Shown: positions 1 to 7,767 of the stretch, piece after piece
How the letters are laid out: every line of letters starts with the position of its first letter
How positions within the stretch are numbered: the first letter of the stretch is position 1
IMG/VR virus record: IMGVR_UViG_3300045051_000371
Coordinates: 1-51,005 of that record
Source of the DNA: a virus
DNA: 51,005 nucleotides
Direction: 5' to 3' (one strand)
The notes under the pieces: model-generated
The model's input: only the letters and a program-made list of their open reading frames with translations
Databases searched by the model: none
Told to the model about the DNA's origin: nothing
Position numbers and translations under genes: made by a program

Positions 1-127
1 CACGTGGTCGGAGATTTGCCTGTCTACTATTCACGTGGTCTGGGGAGTCGTAGATCAAGATATTCGCTGATTCACGTGGTCTGGGGAATGATCTTAACAA
101 CTAGTTCATCGCTTGTCTACGATTCAC
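1..127. repeat. Terminal direct repeat, copy 1 (identical to 50879..51005)
   Basis: The first 127 nt recur exactly as the last 127 nt. This implies a circular, circularly permuted or terminally redundant genome. 127 is also a typical assembler k-mer overlap. Confidence 0.9.
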
Positions 128-133
128 ATGGTC
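28..133. promoter_or_regulatory. Array of direct 13-mers (G/T)ATTCAC(G/A)TGGTC; a fourth copy lies at 50875..50887
   Basis: Copies at 28-40, 69-81, 121-133 and 50875-50887 (which is -3..9 once the repeat is collapsed). Start-to-start spacings are 31, 41 and 52 bp. The core is palindromic CACGTG. The array lies in the spacer between two minus-strand genes. Confidence 0.5.
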
Positions 134-142
134 AGCAGTGGT

Positions 143-280
143 TTATTCCCAAATCACAATTGCTCCGTCGTCTTCGTAATATTCATTCGCAATAGCTTCC
201 GCATTGCTCTTCGACGTGGCGATGATACTAACAACGTCTCCGTTGGTCAGCAAAACAGTGTAATGATTCTCGTTGAACAT
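143..280 (-). CDS. Small hypothetical protein (45 aa, MFNENHYTVLLTNGDVV...)
   Basis: ATG-to-TAA ORF below the 60-aa cutoff of the ORF track, found by hand translation. It is the first minus-strand ORF downstream of the palindromic control region. Confidence 0.4.
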   Translation of the reverse strand: MFNENHYTVLLTNGDVVSIIATSKSNAEAIANEYYEDDGAIVIWE

Positions 281-341
281 AGTGTGTTAATGCGTGATTT
301 ACTTTTATGGTCTTAATGTTCACTTATGACCTTTTATGAAC

Positions 342-627
342 TCATTTTACGGGAATTTTATTTTTTATGGCTTTTTATGATGAAATAAGGTGTTTCCAAA
401 ATTGGTGCGCTGGGGGGTGTGTTCGTAGGGTCGGCTAGTGGGGGGTGGCTGTAATTCAATAAAAAAAGTTATAAAATTTATTAAAAGATTTTATATTTCA
501 TTTTTTATATATTTTTTTATTTTCTTACACAACCCCCCTCCTACCCACACACCCCCCGAGACCTCGATTTTTGAATCATCTTATTTCATCATAAATCTTC
601 ATAAAAGTCATAATTCGCGTAAAATGA
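342..627. promoter_or_regulatory. About 290-bp imperfect palindrome with AT-rich core; candidate replication origin and/or divergent early promoters
   Basis: Three nested perfect inverted repeats share one axis (484.5): 342-351/618-627, 374-389/580-595 and 412-421/548-557. The core 450-530 is almost pure A/T. TTATGA/TCATAA motifs are iterated on both arms, and each arm carries cgTAAAATga. Confidence 0.4.
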
Positions 628-659
628 CCTCATAAAAACTCATAATGACTTCTTAAAGC

Positions 660-1578
660 GGTAAAAGTAGATGATAATTTAGTATCATCTCCTATTACCG
701 GCGAACAACATACTTTTCACAAGGCAGAGTCTCTCGTGGGACTTTCCTTATTCTCTCGGGAAGAGAACGAAACATTACTTTCATCCCCCACCCTACTCCC
801 GATAATGAATTTTCCTTGTTCTGTTGGATATTTTTTGAATGTTTACATTCCGGAATTTCAATCAGAATCGTATCCCTTCCATCCTAACAGCATCGACTTT
901 CACGATTTTAACAAGCATCAAAACCGGTGTTGTGGTTATGTTGCGAGAGAGTTTTCGTTACTCTCTCATTCGGGACGCTAAATCCCAACCCTACTTAATC
1001 ACCTATGAATTTCGTCATCTAGGGAAAGCCTCTAGGGTTGAACAATACTTACTCTCACAAAGAAGTTTACCGCCGGAAGTTTGGGGAGGCTAAGTCTTAG
1101 CTTACACGAGGGAGAATATAGACTTTCGTCCATTTTCGCACTTTTGGCTTTTAGTTCACCTTGCCCAGTTTTCCAACCGCTTTGTTTATTTAATTTTCGT
1201 TCAAGGGCATGGAAATTCTGTGACATTTTTCGGGGAGTCTTTCTAGGTTTTGCGCTGGCGATAATATCGCACTTCGGATTCAGTCAACGAACAAACTCGC
1301 GTTGGAAATTTTGTTCGCCTCGTGCAAGGGTAGTCGTCAGGAAACCTTAGTCTCTTTTCAACATCTCTAATGGCCGTTTGCGCTAGACCGTAGGACGGGA
1401 CTGGAAAGGGTAAGGAACTAGGTCGTAACCTAGGCTAGGCTTTCCAGCATGGCGGAAATGAGTGTGGATTAGTAGGGGATACTAGTCGCGTTAGGGTAGA
1501 AGATACCCGAAACACTCTCCGCGAAATGACAAAGGGCAGGCTTTGGACACTTGCCCTACTCGCCGCAATTGGCTTTGG
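660..1578. other. Long non-coding, hairpin-rich region (candidate structured RNA or leader)
   Basis: Only short, mutually overlapping ORFs with poor composition are present. There are many perfect stems, e.g. 945-952/960-967 and 1401-1408/1440-1447 enclosing 1418-1433. The motif CCCTACT occurs three times. Confidence 0.3.
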
Positions 1579-1611
1579 TCTGGCCTAGTAGGTAAACACC
1601 TACCGGCCAGA
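1579..1611 (-). terminator. 14-bp hairpin just downstream of the stop of CDS 1627..1974
   Basis: tctggcc-tagtaggt-aaac-acctac-c-ggccaga, 15 nt after the stop codon. There is no clear U tract. Confidence 0.35.
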
Positions 1612-1626
1612 ACGAAACCAACTAGG

Positions 1627-1974
1627 CTACTTTTGAGCCTGCCGGATAGCGGCAGCGAGTTTATTGATCCGAACCGCCGCCGCCCAGTGGGGACTAACGT
1701 AGCGGGTCTTAGTCCCTGTCACAACATGCTTGTCGCATTCTCCCCGGACCGCAATGGTCAACGCGGTAATCCGTCCGCCGGATTGACCAAGGGAATTGAC
1801 AAGTTCCACACTCTCGCGCGTGCTACAGGCGTCAGAGATAAACTTGTTGTCGCTGGCGTTAAGGGCGGCAGCGTCACCGGTGCCAAGCAAACCAATGCTG
1901 GCCAGTCCATCCGGCGAACAGAATGTGCGAAGCGTATCAATATCCTTCTGCAAGAGACTAGAAACAATCGACAT
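1627..1974 (-). CDS. Hypothetical protein (115 aa), isolated minus-strand gene in the control region
   Basis: ATG start. Codon choice resembles the capsid gene: no ATA, AGG, AGA, CTA or TTA codons. The in-register antisense ORF 1543..2040 is Arg-rich and uses rare codons. Confidence 0.55.
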   Translation of the reverse strand: MSIVSSLLQKDIDTLRTFCSPDGLASIGLLGTGDAAALNASDNKFISDACSTRESVELVNSLGQSGGRITALTIAVRGECDKHVVTGTKTRYVSPHWAAAVRINKLAAAIRQAQK

Positions 1975-2425
1975 AGTATCTGGTGTAAGGTGGCCGGATC
2001 ACCCGGAGAAATCGCACCCGACAAAAACAAAATTGGCTGACATAACCCAACAAGCCAAGAGAAATCTTTAATTATTTTCAGTCCGCGCTCTGCCCAATAT
2101 TTGCCCGATTGTCTATGTCTCAACAATCAAGGTCTTTATTGTCCACACGTCAACATATTTCTATATAACTATCTAACGATATGTAGTATATCCATCTATA
2201 GTTATACATCTATCCCTCCCCGGAAGTGAGTGTTGTTTTAACACAGGTCACCTCAGACAATAGCCATATTTTGAAAAAAGTCAAACACTAATTAGAAAAT
2301 AGTGGAAGATATAAATAGAGAAAGTAGAGTAGACACTAGAAAAAATAGGCCCATAGCAACGAAAAAAGTCAATATATACTAAAAAGTAAAATGAAGTAAA
2401 ATTGGAATTAATATCCTCCCCCACC

Positions 2426-2441
2426 TGGCATGAGAATTGCT
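2426..2441 (+). promoter_or_regulatory. Sigma-54 type -24/-12 promoter upstream of the terminase-portal-scaffold operon
   Basis: cCTGGCATGagaaTTGCTa has GG and GC at the canonical spacing. It lies about 85 nt upstream of the small terminase ATG (2525), in an intergenic region. Confidence 0.7.
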
Positions 2442-2524
2442 AGAAGGATATCTATGAATTACTCGCAAGAAGCAGAAGATGCCTGCCGGGATAGTGATCT
2501 CTGGTGGGAAGTCTAGAAGAGCCT

Positions 2525-3073
2525 ATGGAAAACACACAAATTGCTCAGTTGGTTGCAGCCTATGATGCCAATGTGGAAGTTCACATTGATGATCTGGCTG
2601 AGCTATTTGGAATGACGACGGAGACGGTGAAGCAAGCATTATTCGCCGGCGGAAGTAAGCGTCTAATGTCGGAAGGAACCTTGTTGACCGGTTCTCGCAA
2701 GACATTCACTAACGCCATGGTTAAACGTGCTGTAGCCACAATTGAGAGTTGTCTTGATAGTTACGACGATAGTATCCGTTTCCGTGCAGCAGAACTCATT
2801 ATTAAAGTTGACACTGGTGCCATCGGCAAGCCCGAAGTGCGCAATGTTACCAACTTCATTCAGCAGAACCTTAACATTCTAGATGACACAATCCGACGAG
2901 GCTTGGAAGCAAGAGAAGCCGCGAGGAATGGAAATGTTCCTCGACCCGCACATGATGATGTGCATAATCGACGAGGACTTCCGGGAGGGGAGATTGCGTG
3001 CATACCCGTGGCAAGTGAGAGAACTGGAGTCGTTTGCGAGCCACTCCCTGAAGGCGAGTTCATCCCAGCCTAA
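2525..3073 (+). CDS. Putative terminase small subunit
   Basis: Position immediately upstream of the large terminase, with an HTH-like N-terminus (DDLAELFGMTTETVKQALF). I took the ATG at 2525 rather than the GTG at 2504. Confidence 0.5.
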   Translation: MENTQIAQLVAAYDANVEVHIDDLAELFGMTTETVKQALFAGGSKRLMSEGTLLTGSRKTFTNAMVKRAVATIESCLDSYDDSIRFRAAELIIKVDTGAIGKPEVRNVTNFIQQNLNILDDTIRRGLEAREAARNGNVPRPAHDDVHNRRGLPGGEIACIPVASERTGVVCEPLPEGEFIPA

Positions 3074-4421
3074 TCGCGTTAATCTACGTGCTGCGAATGG
3101 TGCAGGTAAGGATCAAATGATTATCGGTCCAGCGATAATCTGGTTCCTGATGCGCTATCCGCGGGCGATTGTAGTATTAACCTCATCCTCTAGCTCACAG
3201 CTCGACAACCAAACAGAACCTTCTTGTCGGAGGTGGGCCTACGCGTGGAATCGCTATGCAGATCAGTGTCAACTTCCAGGGCGATTCATTATCCGTGAAC
3301 GGAAGATTGTCTTCACGCAATCACACGGATCATGCACAATGTTTGCCACAGACAATGAAGGCAAAGCGGAAGGTTTCCATCCAGTCATTGCAGCAGGTGA
3401 GCAGCGGATGCTTATAGTAATCAACGAAGCAAAGAACGTCGATGACAAAATCTATGGTGCGATGTATCGTTGTCGTGGATATACTGACATGCTGGAAATC
3501 AGCTCACCAGAACAAATGTCCGGTGAGTTCTATAAGAATTCCCTCAAGAGTGGAATTCGACAAGTGAGGATTGATTGGAGACAATGTCCACACATCAGTG
3601 AAGAAGAATATAACAGTGCACTGGAAGACCACGGCGGAAACGCTCAAGATCCGTGGATGCTCTCCTCGTTCGAGGCAGAGTTTGCAGATCAGGTCAGCGA
3701 TGTAATTATTCCGGTGGATCTTGTTAGGACACTGATTCGGAATCCTCCAGCGTTGAAAGCGGGAGAAATGGTTAGTGCCGGGACAGACATTGCAGTAGTC
3801 AACGATGAAGCGGTAGTTACAATCTTCACCGGCAACCACTGGAAACAAACCATCCGTCGGCGAGGTTTCCCGTCGATGACATATCTTGAAGATTGGCTCG
3901 ATGAAATTTACAAAACTTTCAAACCAACACACATCCCAATCGACTATGACGGTATTGGTCGTGGTCCCGTCGACAACTTAGTCAATCGGCGTGGTTGGAC
4001 CCAAATCATTCCCGTCCAAAACGGATCCGCTGCGCATCGCAACCATCTCTATCTCAACCGCGGAACAGAACTCTATGCTGAAGCACGACGTCTTATTGAA
4101 GCCCGTGCAATTAAGATAGACGGCACAGACGAGAGAATGATCTCCCAACTCACAAGTCGAAGAGTAATCACCGGCAACAAAGGAAAGAAAATCCTTGAAT
4201 CAAAGAAACAAGCAAAGGCTAGAGGTATTCCTTCTCCTGACCGTGCTGATAGTCTTGTGCTGGCACTTAGTGTTCACAGCTACGAAAGTCTAGTTGTTGG
4301 ACGGCGGTCATTAGAGGAACAGGAAGAACGGATAACTATTAAATCCGACGCGGATCTACAGAAAATTCTCAGAGGACACTATCTAAAACCCAAACAAAAA
4401 TGGAAAGCACTGAACTTTTAG
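2928..4421 (+). CDS. terL: Terminase large subunit
   Basis: YPWQ near the N-terminus, Walker A-like AANGAGKD, Walker B-like MLIVINEA, and typical size and position. All candidate starts (2883-2958) overlap the preceding ORF. Confidence 0.8.
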   Translation: MEMFLDPHMMMCIIDEDFREGRLRAYPWQVRELESFASHSLKASSSQPNRVNLRAANGAGKDQMIIGPAIIWFLMRYPRAIVVLTSSSSSQLDNQTEPSCRRWAYAWNRYADQCQLPGRFIIRERKIVFTQSHGSCTMFATDNEGKAEGFHPVIAAGEQRMLIVINEAKNVDDKIYGAMYRCRGYTDMLEISSPEQMSGEFYKNSLKSGIRQVRIDWRQCPHISEEEYNSALEDHGGNAQDPWMLSSFEAEFADQVSDVIIPVDLVRTLIRNPPALKAGEMVSAGTDIAVVNDEAVVTIFTGNHWKQTIRRRGFPSMTYLEDWLDEIYKTFKPTHIPIDYDGIGRGPVDNLVNRRGWTQIIPVQNGSAAHRNHLYLNRGTELYAEARRLIEARAIKIDGTDERMISQLTSRRVITGNKGKKILESKKQAKARGIPSPDRADSLVLALSVHSYESLVVGRRSLEEQEERITIKSDADLQKILRGHYLKPKQKWKALNF

Positions 4422-6247
4422 AACAAGCCCTGGCAGAGATGCCAGTGGAATTGAAGGCTGCACCAGCAGAAGCCTTGACAATTGACTTCGCTGCACCGAA
4501 ACTCCATGCGCTGTTGACAGACTGGAAAACTGTCGAGGATCGTATTACAGAAGGACGAGCTAATCGTGTCAAGGACATTAACATTGAAGCACTGCGAAGC
4601 AGCAACCAGTTGCTCGCAGATGAAATGTATTTGCCGGTTAATGTTGTCGACACAAACATCCAGCGTGCTAAGCCGGCATATCTTCAGTATCTTATCGGTC
4701 CGGTGAATCTTGTATTCTTCACGGATCCCGAGGATCTTGGAGACTCTTTTGAGGATGTTGCGACAGCTTTCAATACGCTCATTAAATACACCAACTGGGA
4801 AGAACCACATCTCCGCGCGATTGACTGTGCAATCAGTCACTTCTGTGGAGCAGTTGAAGTGTTGTTTGACAAGAATGCTCCCGGCCGAGTTAGTGTGGAA
4901 TACGTGGCCCTCAACGATCTAATCATTCCACTTAACACTGAATACCTGCATCAGCAACTCTATGTGATGCGCCGCTACCGTTGGACAAACGTGGCTCTTA
5001 AGCGCAACGCTAAGGAGTTTGGCTTTGATCCGGCGACAACGGATAAGATTCTGGAAGAATTCAAGGAGCGTGTTGATACGGCAGATGTCTACAAGGTCTA
5101 TATCCGGGAACCAGAAGGACTCTATATTGCTTGGTGGAGTGATAAATGTGGCAAGGAGTGGTTGAGGGAACCAGTTCCGTTTGATATCGGACTTGGCGGT
5201 ATCGAGACACAACTTCCGATTATTCCATTGCTTGCAGACCTACTGGAAGATTCTAAAGTTCTTGCGGGACGTGGTGAATGTGAGAAGTCCAAGCACACTC
5301 AGACGTGTGTTAGTGGTCTAGAGAGCAGCCTCATTAACCAAACAATGAGGGCCTCTAACCCTGTCTTCTCGCCGGAGAACATGGATACGGCTGCTCAAGA
5401 GCCTATCGTGATGAAGGCTGGAACAATTTCCAAGACCGCATTGAAGATGCACAAGATTGATCCGCCGGATCCGAATCTCTTCAGTCTTGCAGAGCGTATT
5501 CGGTCGCAGAATCTTGATGAGCGGGGTCAGGTTAACTATGCGGTGAATAACAGAACGGACTCTCGCAAGACCGCAACAGAAGTCATGTCGGCCGACGCAC
5601 AAGCTGTTAAGCTTCAGAGTGTGTCGGTGCTGAATCTTGCAAACTATCTCCGAGGAGTTTACACCTATGCGTGGCGCATCGTTAAACACTACGCTTTGCG
5701 TAACGAGATCTTCTTGCTCGGAACAAGGGATGACTACGGGAACATCCACAATGATCTGTCGCGCATTGATCGCAACTTCCTGATCACACCCACTGGAGGT
5801 AGTGAGCAGGCGCGGATGAATGATGTTAAGTTGGGAATGGAGAAGATCTTCCCGTTGGTCCGTGGCACTGCGCTGGAGAAGGTGATGATTAGCGATTATC
5901 TCCGATATGCACTGCCGACGCTGGGAACTAAATATCAGCGGATCTACAAGACTAGCATCATCGCGCAGGATCTCACGCTACAGATCCAACAGGGAATCAT
6001 TGAGCGGATCATGCAAGGCACACCGGATCCTACAGGGAACATCATGGTCCCGTTCACGCAACAAGAACTACAGCAATTCCAACAAACATTCCAACAATAT
6101 CAGCAAATCTATGGAGTTCTCGGAGATACCAGAGGCAGCATTGGCCCAGTGGAGGGAATGCCAGGCGACCCAGATTCTGCTACAGAAACTGCAACCGGAG
6201 ATAGCGAAGCTATTCCAATGCAAATCGGATCCGAGCCTATTGCGTGA
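4400..6247 (+). CDS. Portal protein
   Basis: 615 aa, directly after terL and before the scaffold and capsid genes, with an acidic C-terminus. Confidence 0.7.
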   Translation: MESTELLEQALAEMPVELKAAPAEALTIDFAAPKLHALLTDWKTVEDRITEGRANRVKDINIEALRSSNQLLADEMYLPVNVVDTNIQRAKPAYLQYLIGPVNLVFFTDPEDLGDSFEDVATAFNTLIKYTNWEEPHLRAIDCAISHFCGAVEVLFDKNAPGRVSVEYVALNDLIIPLNTEYLHQQLYVMRRYRWTNVALKRNAKEFGFDPATTDKILEEFKERVDTADVYKVYIREPEGLYIAWWSDKCGKEWLREPVPFDIGLGGIETQLPIIPLLADLLEDSKVLAGRGECEKSKHTQTCVSGLESSLINQTMRASNPVFSPENMDTAAQEPIVMKAGTISKTALKMHKIDPPDPNLFSLAERIRSQNLDERGQVNYAVNNRTDSRKTATEVMSADAQAVKLQSVSVLNLANYLRGVYTYAWRIVKHYALRNEIFLLGTRDDYGNIHNDLSRIDRNFLITPTGGSEQARMNDVKLGMEKIFPLVRGTALEKVMISDYLRYALPTLGTKYQRIYKTSIIAQDLTLQIQQGIIERIMQGTPDPTGNIMVPFTQQELQQFQQTFQQYQQIYGVLGDTRGSIGPVEGMPGDPDSATETATGDSEAIPMQIGSEPIA

Positions 6248-6306
6248 TAAAGTGGTAGAGATTGAAATTTTGCAGAAAGTTAGAAACCTGATCAGAAAAG
6301 GAAAAT

Positions 6307-7377
6307 ATGAACTCAACTGAAGATACGAACATTATGGTTGATCTTAGCGGATTGGAAGAGGGTGAAGTGGTGCAAACAGCTGCACCGGTTACCACACCTG
6401 AGGCTCCTAAGGTAGAGGCTAAGGCTGAAGCTCCCAAGGCGGAGACTCCTGAAGCTCCGGCGGCTGAAGAGCCTGCTAATGTAGAAGTTAGCACTCCCGC
6501 TGAACCTGCGGCAGAAGCTACTCCCACAGACGACACAGAACCCCAGTTTACCGAAGCTGAACAGAAGGTTCTCAAGCAGATGTCTCCTTATGCCCGAGAC
6601 TTTGCCATTGCCCGAGTCAAGGAACTACAGAAGGAGCGGGCGGAGCGTATTAAATTGGTGGATGAAGTCAAGACCTTGCGCGAGCAAAAGGAAGCTGCGC
6701 GTAGCAATGTCTATGAATCCGAGAATGCCTATGTGCTAAATCCTGAATATCAGGAAGCAGCCATGGCAGTTAATAACTACAAGAAGGCCGCCCGCCACTA
6801 TGAGAACCAGAAGGCTCTAGCTATTGATGGCGATCCGGTTACATTCATCACGGGAGTTGATGAAGAAGGAGAACTCACATTCTCCGAACCAATGAAACCT
6901 ACCGGCAAGGTGATTGCTACTCTTGACCGGGAAACGCTGAAGATTGCCCGTGGATACGATAAAGCGCAGGGAGTAGTGTCTCGTATCTCAACTGAACACT
7001 CGACCAATCACGGGAAGTTCCGTGAACGAGTTAACGCTATGTCTTCCGCGATGATCCCTCAATGGGATGCCATCACGAAGGCTAATCCCGCGGCCGCAAC
7101 AAGCCACAAGGCCACCCTCGATACACTAACCAAGATGGGCTTTGATCCCCAAGTCTCGCCACTTGTCGATACCGTGGCCCGCCTGTATGCTGTTGCGGAG
7201 CTTCTCGGCACCAAACTGGAAGCTGCCAACAAGTCACTGGCGTCCGCGAAGAGTGTTAACTCTGTCGCCAAGGTAGTGGGTCCCACCAACGGACAGCATG
7301 TTGATGCCGGTGGACGAGTCGCTAAATCCCGGCCGGGATATGTTGAGATCACTCCCGAAGAAGAAGCACGCTATTAA
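6307..7377 (+). CDS. Scaffolding protein
   Basis: Lies between the portal and capsid genes. It has a Pro/Glu/Ala-rich acidic N-terminus and a predicted helical, charged body. Confidence 0.6.
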   Translation: MNSTEDTNIMVDLSGLEEGEVVQTAAPVTTPEAPKVEAKAEAPKAETPEAPAAEEPANVEVSTPAEPAAEATPTDDTEPQFTEAEQKVLKQMSPYARDFAIARVKELQKERAERIKLVDEVKTLREQKEAARSNVYESENAYVLNPEYQEAAMAVNNYKKAARHYENQKALAIDGDPVTFITGVDEEGELTFSEPMKPTGKVIATLDRETLKIARGYDKAQGVVSRISTEHSTNHGKFRERVNAMSSAMIPQWDAITKANPAAATSHKATLDTLTKMGFDPQVSPLVDTVARLYAVAELLGTKLEAANKSLASAKSVNSVAKVVGPTNGQHVDAGGRVAKSRPGYVEITPEEEARY

Positions 7378-7407
7378 ATCTCTCAAAGCAACCCGCGCAC
7401 AATAACG

Positions 7408-7437
7408 AACGGGGCTGGATACTACTCCAGTCCCGTT
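7408..7437 (+). terminator. Hairpin after the scaffold gene
   Basis: aacggggctgga-tactac-tccagtcccgtt forms a 12-bp stem with one G-U pair, 30 nt after the stop. The T tract is weak. Confidence 0.5.
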
Positions 7438-7639
7438 CCCTTTACCATCGCTTGTAGCCCGTTCATAATCCATCGCTTCGGGCATTTGTTCCACGGCTGG
7501 TGGACTGGCCGTAGCGTTCCCGAGACGCGAGTGCGCGCAGCGAGCCGAAGGCGAGCGAGCCACGAGCGGCGAGGAATAGCACGCTATCCCGCTCCGGGCC
7601 TTCATATTCGCCGCGCAGCGGCGAGAACACTAATGAACT

Positions 7640-7655
7640 TGGCACGCATCTTGCT
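7640..7655 (+). promoter_or_regulatory. Sigma-54 type -24/-12 promoter upstream of the major capsid gene
   Basis: tTGGCACGcatcTTGCTt matches the extended consensus TGGCACG-N4-TTGCW exactly. It is intergenic, about 115 nt upstream of the capsid ATG (7768). Confidence 0.75.
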
Positions 7656-7767
7656 TACATAACATTGCCTCGCACACGCTGGAAGGGCATCCAGTTTTGG
7701 TTTGGTAGGTTATTCTAAACCTCCTAGTGAACAATGGTTGTTCATTAAACTAACTAAAACTCTACAC

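Noticed and set aside
736-1350. Three chained plus-strand ORFs (736..981, 839..1093, 1081..1350), plus 1032..1226 on the minus strand.
   Set aside because: They overlap one another in different frames, mostly use non-ATG starts, and coincide with the hairpins. I treated them as non-coding.
1543-2040. 165-aa plus-strand ORF, and the 122-aa minus ORF 1758..2126, in the control region.
   Set aside because: 1543..2040 is the exact antisense register of 1627..1974, starts at TTG, is Arg-rich and uses AGA, AGG, CTA and GTA codons. 1758..2126 has poor composition. The 1627..1974 frame is preferred.
7234-7645. Minus-strand ORFs 7234..7605 and 7463..7645 in the scaffold-capsid spacer.
   Set aside because: They are artefacts of the GC-rich island, which has few stop codons. 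The products are Ala/Arg/Ser-rich, and the ORFs run antisense into the scaffold gene and across the sigma-54 promoter.
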